Shown: piece after piece, positions 1-6,079 of the stretch
How the letters are laid out: the number at the start of each line of letters is the position of its first letter
How positions within the stretch are numbered: position 1 is the first letter of the stretch
Assembly (NCBI GenBank): GCA_964510165.1
Contig: CAZEBC010000058.1
Span: 1 to 20,061 of the forward strand
Direction of reading: 5' to 3'
Length of the DNA: 20,061 bases
DNA from: an uncultured bacterium
Lineage (GTDB): Bacteria > Abyssobacteria > SURF-5
Program-made: the position numbers and the translations under genes
Notes under the pieces: generated by a model
The model's database searches: none
What the model was told of the DNA's origin: nothing
What the model saw: the letters and a program-made list of their open reading frames with translations, nothing else

Positions 1-255
1 TTTGATCTCATCCTTGAGGAGATCGAGTTGCTGATGCCAGACGGGGTTATCGACCTTGATGTAGAGCTTCTTCTTCTCTATCTTTTCGGGGATGCAGTGA
101 GAAGCGACGTCATCGCCGACGATCTCTTTCCACTGGCCCCATAGTTCGGCGACGCGCGAGGAGTTGCCGAACCTTCCCTGCTGAAAGAACCTTTCGAGCA
201 CCTTCTCGATCGGTTCCAAACCAGTGCCTGACCGACTACGCTTAGGCTGGCTCAT
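1..255 (-). CDS. dciA: DUF721/DciA-family replicative helicase loader (3' end runs off the window)
   Basis: Not in the ORF track because no stop lies in the window. The ATG at 255-253 overlaps the dnaN stop (ATGA). Manual translation: MSQPKRSRSGTGLEPIEKVLERFFQQGRFGNSSRVAELWGQWKEIVGDDVASHCIPEKIEKKKLYIKVDNPVWHQQLDLLKDEIK. The W..IVG..VA.H..P....L.I.V....W.QQL pattern is typical of DUF721, and the position after dnaN fits. Confidence 0.85.
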   Translation of the reverse strand, partial: MSQPKRSRSGTGLEPIEKVLERFFQQGRFGNSSRVAELWGQWKEIVGDDVASHCIPEKIEKKKLYIKVDNPVWHQQLDLLKDEIK

Positions 256-1349
256 AACCTGACCGGCATCACCACATAGAGGTAGTTGTCATTATCCACC
301 GGTTTGAAAAGGCCGGAACTCTGCGAATCCTTCACTTCAAGCCTGACTTTGTCTTCGTCGATAACCTTGAGAACATCGACAACAAACTGCGGATTAAAAC
401 CGATCTCGACCGGATCGCCATCGTATTCGATATCGATCTCGTCCTTTGCCTCACCGACCTCGGGACAATTGGTGCTTACCACCATTTTCCCGCCGGCGAT
501 TTCGTACTTGACAAGATTAAAGCGCTCGGTGGTCATGACCTGAGTTCGGCGGGTGGCCACGCTGAACGGCTCTTTTTCAGCGAGCACTTTTCTTTGGTGG
601 CCTTTTGGGATGACCTGCTCATAGTTTGGAAACACTCCATCAATCAAGTTGGAGATGACCAATATATTCGCGAACTCGAAGGCAATCTGATTCTCTGCCA
701 GGAATATTCTCACATCGCCTTCCGTCCCGAGCAGCCGCTCAAGTTCATTCACGGTCTTCCGGGGTATTATGTAATTGCCGCCGCTCGGGAGCCCCTCAAC
801 CTTCTGCATTGCAAGGGAAAGCCTTCTCCCATCGGTTGAAACGAGGCGGAGTTCCTTACCTACGGTCGTCAACAGCAGGCCGGTAATATTCACTCTGTTC
901 GGGTCAACCGAGATTGAGAAACTCACCTTTTTCAACATCTCCTTGAGAACCCCTTGAGGCATGGAGAAGGACTTCTCCCGCTTCACCTCGGGCGATTTCG
1001 GGAACTCATCTGAGGGCATTCCCATGATCTTGTAGCGAACGACCCCCGAATCCAGGGTCACGAGGTTGCCATCCTTTGTCTCCATGCTCAGAGTGCCTGG
1101 CGGAAGGTTAGTGACGATCTCATGAAGCTTCTTACATGGCAGCGCAACCGTGCCTTCTTCCCCGACCTCTTCACACTCGGCAACGCATTCAATTCCCACC
1201 TCCAGGTCCGTTGCCACGAGCTTGAGCGAATTCTTCTTTGCGGCAAGCAGCACATACTGAAGCATGGGCAATGTGGTTCGCGTGGAAACCACATTTTGGA
1301 CGTTTGCAATAGCATCGCGCATCTCATCTCTTGCGATTGACAGCTTCAT
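252..1349 (-). CDS. dnaN: DNA polymerase III beta sliding clamp
   Basis: 365 aa with ATDLEVGI, STDGRRL, G.FPNY..VIP, IGFNPQF and C-terminal YVVMPVRL motifs. GGAGG RBS upstream; lies downstream of dnaA. Confidence 0.99.
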   Translation of the reverse strand: MKLSIARDEMRDAIANVQNVVSTRTTLPMLQYVLLAAKKNSLKLVATDLEVGIECVAECEEVGEEGTVALPCKKLHEIVTNLPPGTLSMETKDGNLVTLDSGVVRYKIMGMPSDEFPKSPEVKREKSFSMPQGVLKEMLKKVSFSISVDPNRVNITGLLLTTVGKELRLVSTDGRRLSLAMQKVEGLPSGGNYIIPRKTVNELERLLGTEGDVRIFLAENQIAFEFANILVISNLIDGVFPNYEQVIPKGHQRKVLAEKEPFSVATRRTQVMTTERFNLVKYEIAGGKMVVSTNCPEVGEAKDEIDIEYDGDPVEIGFNPQFVVDVLKVIDEDKVRLEVKDSQSSGLFKPVDNDNYLYVVMPVRL

Positions 1350-1380
1350 GCGCTATTCCCTCCACCTTGTCGGTCAGGCA

Positions 1381-1640
1381 TACCTAATCCTATACACTAG
1401 GATATATATTTAAATCTAGTTGCCGCATCAGTAAAGATGTGGAACATGTGGAAAAGGGCAAAGCTTCCCGGAAGAACCTTGATGAAGCGCTGTTCATAAG
1501 TTGAAGACATTGCTTTGCGAGTGTCCACACTGTCAACCAGTCCCAGAACGGGGAAACGACTTATCAAGAATTCTCGCACATTGTATAACATTTTGTCAAA
1601 GTTTCGTCAACAGGCTTTTCCTCAGCCCTTCCACAGCAGC
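1381..1640. other. Probable oriC core: DnaA boxes plus AT-rich unwinding element in the dnaA-dnaN intergenic region
   Basis: Abutting minus-strand boxes TTTTCCACA (1447-1455, consensus match) and TGTTCCACA (1438-1446). Further near-matches at 1491-1499 (TTATGAACA), 1521-1529 and 1627-1635. An AT-rich tract GATATATATTTAAATCTAG (about 1401-1419) lies next to the tandem boxes. Confidence 0.8.
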
Positions 1641-1656
1641 TCCAGGCACGCCCGAA

Positions 1657-2997
1657 TCAACTGTTCTTGAGTTGATTTACAACGGATTCCACATCCTTCG
1701 ATAACTGGCTGTCCTCCTTAATCATGTCTCGAATTTTCTTGCAGGCGTGGAGGACGGTGGAATGATCGCGTCCGCCGAAAGAGTCGCCGATATCGATCAG
1801 GGAAGCCTGAGTCATTTCCCGCGAGAGGAACATGGCAATCTGACGCGCGAGCGCGATCATCTTGGTTCGTTTCGCCGCGATGATGTCAGCAAGCCGGACA
1901 TTGAAGTGCGCCGCGACGGTCTTCTGGATGAGCTCGACAGTTATCTGTTTGGATTGTGACTTTTCGAGGAGGTCCTTAAGCGCGAGTTCAGCGGTTTCAA
2001 GGGTAAGCGGGCAATTATGCGCGCGCGCGTAGCCCAGCACCCGGTTGAAGGTTCCCTCGAGTTCGCGGATATTCGCCTTCACAAGATTTGCGATGAAGAA
2101 GAGCATATCAGATGGACACTTAAGTTCGCTCTTTCGAGACTTGTGTTGCAGGATGGCTATTCTCGTTTCGAGGTCCGGCGGCTGGACATCGGTCACCAGT
2201 CCCCATTCGAACCTGCTGACCAGCCGCTCCTCGAGGGTGGGAATCTCCTTGGGCGGTCTGTCTGAGGAGAGGATGACCTGTTTCAACGCGTCGTGCAATG
2301 CGTTGAACGTATGGAAAAATTCTTCTTGGGTGGCATCCTTGCCGGCGATGAAATGGATGTCGTCAATCAGCAGCACGTCAACCGTGCGGTACTTGTTTCT
2401 GAACGCTATCTGGGAGCGTTGCTGGATGGCGGAGATCAGCTCGTTGGTGAATTCTTCCGACGTGATGTAGAGCACCTTCAGCCTGCCGGCCTTGATTATC
2501 TCGTGGCCTATGGCCTGCATCAGATGTGTCTTTCCGAGGCCCGCGCCCCCATAAATGAAGAGAGGATTATATGCTCCGGCGGGCGTTTCGCAGACGGCCT
2601 TGGCCGCGGCATGGGCGAAGCGGTTGGAAGGACCGACCACGAACTCTTCGAACGTATACTTCGAGTTGAGGTACGGATGCCCGTTGCCATTCGATTCCGG
2701 AAGGATATGCCGGTCCATACGCGGCGGCTCCTCGAAGATCATCTCCTTCTGGATAGCTTCGTTCGGGATGAACGAGATACCCTTGAACTCTTCGTCGAGC
2801 GACTTGACGGTAGACTGAATAAGTTCGGAATAACGCTCATTCAACCACGCTCCGGTAAAGTTGTTCGGAACGAAAACCACCAAGTTGCCATTCTCGTAAG
2901 AGTGAAACTTGGTCCATGCGAGCCAGGCGTCAAAGGTTTTTTCATCAACTTTTTCCCGGAGTACGCGAAGCCCCTTTTCCCACAGGTCCGGACTCAT
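1657..2997 (-). CDS. dnaA: Chromosomal replication initiator DnaA
   Basis: 446 aa with YNPLFIYGGAGLGKTHL (Walker A), LLIDDIHF (Walker B), RELEG and FGGRDHSTVLHA (domain IV). GGAGG RBS upstream. Confidence 0.99.
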   Translation of the reverse strand: MSPDLWEKGLRVLREKVDEKTFDAWLAWTKFHSYENGNLVVFVPNNFTGAWLNERYSELIQSTVKSLDEEFKGISFIPNEAIQKEMIFEEPPRMDRHILPESNGNGHPYLNSKYTFEEFVVGPSNRFAHAAAKAVCETPAGAYNPLFIYGGAGLGKTHLMQAIGHEIIKAGRLKVLYITSEEFTNELISAIQQRSQIAFRNKYRTVDVLLIDDIHFIAGKDATQEEFFHTFNALHDALKQVILSSDRPPKEIPTLEERLVSRFEWGLVTDVQPPDLETRIAILQHKSRKSELKCPSDMLFFIANLVKANIRELEGTFNRVLGYARAHNCPLTLETAELALKDLLEKSQSKQITVELIQKTVAAHFNVRLADIIAAKRTKMIALARQIAMFLSREMTQASLIDIGDSFGGRDHSTVLHACKKIRDMIKEDSQLSKDVESVVNQLKNS

Positions 2998-3098
2998 GGA
3001 CTGACCCTCCCCTCTCGTAGAAGCATCCAGATACGACGGGCCCGTTCTTGCCCGAAAAAGGCAGCATGCGGCGCACAGAGCTTGAATTCAGACAGAAG

Positions 3099-3151
3099 TT
3101 ATCAACAACTCGCCAGACTTCCCCACAGAGTTATCCACAATCCGTGGACAC
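3099..3151. promoter_or_regulatory. DnaA-box cluster upstream of dnaA (autoregulation and/or second oriC half)
   Basis: TTATCAACA 3099-3107, TTCCCCACA 3119-3127, perfect TTATCCACA 3131-3139 and an inverted degenerate box at 3143-3151. Confidence 0.85.
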
Positions 3152-3413
3152 TTGCCGCGTTTGCAGAAACGGAACACTTCAGGCGGGGCAACCGGGACAA
3201 CCTCGAGCTACAGGGAAAAGCTAGAAACACATGACGCGAGCCGAAGCAAAGAATGAATGAAAACGAGGAATCTTCAGCTCAAAACGAACCCGCCACAATG
3301 CACACATTTGATTTCCCTGCCACAGGCCGAAGGAAATCCCCTCGGGAGCACTCGTTACCATAGGGCAGAAAAAGAATCCCCCCGCGAAGAGAGCCCTGCC
3401 ATCGGGTGATGGG

Positions 3414-3442
3414 AGTATACCAGAGGCATTCGATGGCGTCAA
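3414..3442 (-). promoter_or_regulatory. Sigma70-type promoter facing dnaA
   Basis: Minus strand TTGACG (3442-3437), 17-nt spacer ending in TGG (extended -10), then TATACT (3419-3414). Confidence 0.7.
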
Positions 3443-3470
3443 GAGCAAAATCTGTCGCGACCAAAATTCC

Positions 3471-3499
3471 TTGCTACGATGGGCGAAATCATTTATAAT
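3471..3499 (+). promoter_or_regulatory. Sigma70-type promoter for the activase-kinase-DUF92 genes
   Basis: TTGCTA (3471-3476), 17 nt, TATAAT (3494-3499). It lies inside the ORF-track 5' extension, which supports the GTG start at 3536. Confidence 0.7.
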
Positions 3500-3535
3500 G
3501 ACCTCATGAATGATGCCGAAAAGAAAGGAAAACAC

Positions 3536-4333
3536 GTGGATTACTTCGCCGGAATTGACATCGGCTCTCTCACGTGCGACGCCGTGATTATTGACGAATC
3601 CTGCCGCATCGTGTCTTCCGCCATCGTGCTGACCGGCGCGCGGAGCAGGAGCGCGATCGAGAACGCGTACCGAAAGTCGCTCGATGCGGCGGGACTGACG
3701 AACGGGCAGGTGCGCGGCCTGGTGTCCACCGGCTATGGCCGCGAGCAGGTGGAAGGGCGGCTGAAGAGCATAACCGAGATCACGTGCCATGCGCGGGGCG
3801 CATGCTTCCTTTTTCCGAACACGCGGCTTATTCTTGACATTGGCGGGCAGGACTCAAAGGCGATATCGGTCGGCGCGGGCGGACAGGTGCTGGACTTTGC
3901 GATGAACGACAAATGCGCGGCAGGGACGGGCCGGTTCTTCGAGGTGATGGCGCGCGCTCTGGAGATAGACCTTGACGATATGGGCAGCCTGGCCGCGCGC
4001 TCGGCGAAGCGCCTGAGCATAAGCTCGATGTGCACCGTGTTCGCCGAGAGCGAGGTTGTCTCGCTTGTTGCGCGGGGCGAGCACGTGGAGGATATCGTGG
4101 CGGGGCTGTGCCGGGCTGTGGCCGAGAGGACCCGCGCGCTTGCTCAGCGAGTAGGTGTGGCGGCGGAGGTCACGATGACGGGCGGCGTCGCGAAGAACCT
4201 GGGCGTCGTCAGGGCGCTCGAGGAGTTGCTCGGCCAGCGATTCAACATCCCGGATGAACCCCAGATAGCCGGCGCGCTCGGAGCGGCTCTGTACGCGCGT
4301 GACCTTGCGACGTCGAAATCGGCGCATGCGTGA
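3536..4333 (+). CDS. Acyl-CoA dehydratase activase (HgdC/BadF/BadG/BcrA/BcrD ASKHA ATPase, [4Fe-4S])
   Basis: GIDIGS, STGYGR, EITCHARGA, DIGGQDSKAI, MNDKCAAGTGRF, SSMCTVFAESE and TGGVAKN motifs, with both cluster-ligating Cys present. Start moved to GTG 3536 (AAAGGA RBS), giving 265 aa. Confidence 0.93.
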   Translation: MDYFAGIDIGSLTCDAVIIDESCRIVSSAIVLTGARSRSAIENAYRKSLDAAGLTNGQVRGLVSTGYGREQVEGRLKSITEITCHARGACFLFPNTRLILDIGGQDSKAISVGAGGQVLDFAMNDKCAAGTGRFFEVMARALEIDLDDMGSLAARSAKRLSISSMCTVFAESEVVSLVARGEHVEDIVAGLCRAVAERTRALAQRVGVAAEVTMTGGVAKNLGVVRALEELLGQRFNIPDEPQIAGALGAALYARDLATSKSAHA

Positions 4334-4361
4334 ATTGCGAGATTCGGCGGACGCGAGAGAC

Positions 4362-4423
4362 GTAGCGCAGGCTTCCAGCCGGCACGCTGCTGCGGAACGG
4401 GGTAGGCAAGATGCCTGCGCTAC
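4362..4423. repeat. REP doublet (REPIN-like), GTAG family A
   Basis: GTAGCGCAGGCTTCCAGCCGGC (4362-4383) and an inverted copy reading GTAGCGCAGGCATCTTGCCTAC (4423-4402). The termini form a perfect 11-bp inverted repeat, and each unit is GTAG plus a short hairpin. Confidence 0.8.
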
Positions 4424-4454
4424 AAGAGTGTTGCTTGATGGCTTTCCCGATTCC

Positions 4455-5138
4455 ATGAAAGAACCCCGTCGAATACTGCCCACCCCGACTACAATCTCTT
4501 CAAACATCGAAACCTGCCGGCAGGCGGTCCACATGCTGGTTGGTGGGCTGGCGCTTGCGTTGAGGTGGACCAGCTACGGACAGGCACTCACGCTCGCGGC
4601 GGGGCTCGTCGTCTTCAATGCTTACGTGTTGCCGAGGCTGCCGTGGATATCGGCGCTGCTGTACAGGCCGGGGGAGCGCGAGCGCAGATTTACGTCGGGC
4701 ATCCTGCTGTATCCCGTAACCGTCTTTATCCTGATTCTCTTCTTTCCGGTTCCCGTGGCCGCGGCGATGTGGGGGGCGCTCTCGTTTGGAGACGGCATGG
4801 CCACCCTGGCTGGTGCTCGGATGGGAAAGACGCCCTTGCCGTGGAACCGTCGGAAAACGATCGAGGGGCTGGCCGCATTCGCGCTGATCGGCTCTCTGTC
4901 AGCGAGTTTGCTCTACTGGTGGACGCTTCCGAACATGCTTTCATCGCCGCCGTGGTGGCGCGGAGATGCAGTCGAGATTTTCGCCTCGCTTGACGCAAGT
5001 GGTATCATACTACGGTGCATCCTGGCTTCGGTTGCGAGCGCATTCGTGGAGACGGTCGAGCTTCCGATAGATGACAATCTCACCGCTCCTTTGGGAGGCG
5101 CATGCGTCATGATAGGACTCGTCTATGCTCTCTCTTGA
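4455..5138 (+). CDS. Phytol/dolichol (polyprenol) kinase-like membrane protein (SEC59/DGK1/VTE5 family)
   Basis: E..RQ.VH, FGDGMA.LAG..GK..LPWN..KT.EG..AF and E.....DDNL..PL motifs, with several TM segments. The start is uncertain: ATG 4455 was chosen because the frame upstream is REP sequence; ATG 4326 is the alternative. Confidence 0.8.
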   Translation: MKEPRRILPTPTTISSNIETCRQAVHMLVGGLALALRWTSYGQALTLAAGLVVFNAYVLPRLPWISALLYRPGERERRFTSGILLYPVTVFILILFFPVPVAAAMWGALSFGDGMATLAGARMGKTPLPWNRRKTIEGLAAFALIGSLSASLLYWWTLPNMLSSPPWWRGDAVEIFASLDASGIILRCILASVASAFVETVELPIDDNLTAPLGGACVMIGLVYALS

Positions 5139-5913
5139 CAACGTAGTCGAGATAATCCGCGCCAATCTTCGGTGGGCCATAGTTGTAAACGCGTCGCTTG
5201 CCATAGCGGGGTATGTGGTGGGCGGGGTGCGCGTCTCTGGCGTCATTGCGGCGACCGGTTATGGGATCGTCATCTATTCGTTCGCGGGCTATAGCGCGTT
5301 TTCCATCCTTTTCTTCTTCCTGCTGATACTTGCGCTCGCGTCGAAGATGGGGAGCGCTCGCAAGAAGGAGCTTGGCGTCTCAGAGGAACGAGACGAACGG
5401 CGCGGAGCGGCGACCATGATCGGCAAGTGCACTCCGGCGGCTGCGCTGGCGGTAGCGATGGGGTTGGCCGGCGGATTGTCGGCGCACGGCGCGAGGGTCG
5501 AGGTCTCCGAGTTGGCGAAGTGGCTGGCGCTGGCGTATGCGGGTGCGTTGGCATCTGCACTGGCGGACACGTGCGCCAGCGACTTGGGGCCGCTGTATGG
5601 CGACCGCCCGATCATCCTGACCACGCTCCAGCCCGTGGCCCACGGCACGCCTGGCGGCGTGTCGGCGGCGGGCACCACGCTCGGACTGGCGGCGGCCATC
5701 CTGGTTGGGTTGCTCGCGACGGCCGTGGGCGTGGTTCGCGAGAGGGCGATCCTCTACCTCCTGCTTTCTTCCTTGTGCGCGAGCGTGCTCGACAGCTACA
5801 TGCGCGCCCGATGGCCGGGGTCGGACTTCTTCAGGAAGCAATTGACGAATATCACGGTGACGACCGCCGGCGCGGTCATCGCGGCGTTATTGGGACTGGC
5901 GCTGGGGTATTGA
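5125..5913 (+). CDS. DUF92/TMEM19 (VTE6-like) integral membrane protein
   Basis: 262 hydrophobic aa with K...G..E....RRG, LADT.AS.LG and V..GT.GGVS..GT..G motifs. AGGA RBS; 14-nt overlap with the upstream kinase gene. Confidence 0.85.
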   Translation: MLSLDNVVEIIRANLRWAIVVNASLAIAGYVVGGVRVSGVIAATGYGIVIYSFAGYSAFSILFFFLLILALASKMGSARKKELGVSEERDERRGAATMIGKCTPAAALAVAMGLAGGLSAHGARVEVSELAKWLALAYAGALASALADTCASDLGPLYGDRPIILTTLQPVAHGTPGGVSAAGTTLGLAAAILVGLLATAVGVVRERAILYLLLSSLCASVLDSYMRARWPGSDFFRKQLTNITVTTAGAVIAALLGLALGY

Positions 5914-5923
5914 GCCAATACCG

Positions 5924-6039
5924 GATTCCGCTGCAAAAACCCTGATCGTCTTCGACTATTGATGGTGGGTGCGAATTCATTCGCACAGAGACTGGCTGAA
6001 TGAATTCGGCCTCACCACTGCGGGTTTCGCAGCGGAATC
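5924..6039. mobile_element. 116-bp MITE-like element containing a REP doublet
   Basis: Terminal inverted repeats GATTCCGCTGC(AAAAACCC) and (GGGTTTC)GCAGCGGAATC. Flanking near-direct repeats AATACCG (5917-5923) and AATATCG (6040-6046). Lies between convergent genes. Confidence 0.6.
5965..6015. repeat. REP doublet, family B (GCGAATTCATTCGC hairpin)
   Basis: GTGGGTGCGAATTCATTCGCAC (5965-5986) and an inverted copy reading GTGAGGCCGAATTCATTCAGCC (6015-5994), with a 7-nt spacer. Confidence 0.8.
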
Positions 6040-6079
6040 AATATCGGACCATGCCAGATGGCGTCCCCAATGTTACAAA

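Noticed and set aside
1397-1704. 64-aa and 67-aa ORFs in the dnaA-dnaN spacer
   Set aside because: They overlap DnaA boxes and the AT-rich element, have no RBS, and do not resemble known proteins.
2293-3234. 313-aa plus-strand ORF, and other long antisense ORFs over uvrC, citrate synthase, the SDR and the PEP-synthase-like gene
   Set aside because: These are shadow frames of well-supported genes in GC-rich DNA, with no motifs or RBS.
3230-3360. Possible rpmH (L34) divergent from dnaA (ATG AAA ACG AGG...)
   Set aside because: The translation MKTRNLQLKTNPPQCTHL lacks the MKRT.QP...R...HGF..RM signature.
3479-3535. ORF-track N-terminal extensions of the activase (also uvrC, citrate synthase, the SDR, the PEP-synthase-like and 218-aa ORFs)
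   Set aside because: The extensions cover promoters, RBSs, repeats or upstream genes; downstream starts fit the RBS positions or domain boundaries better.
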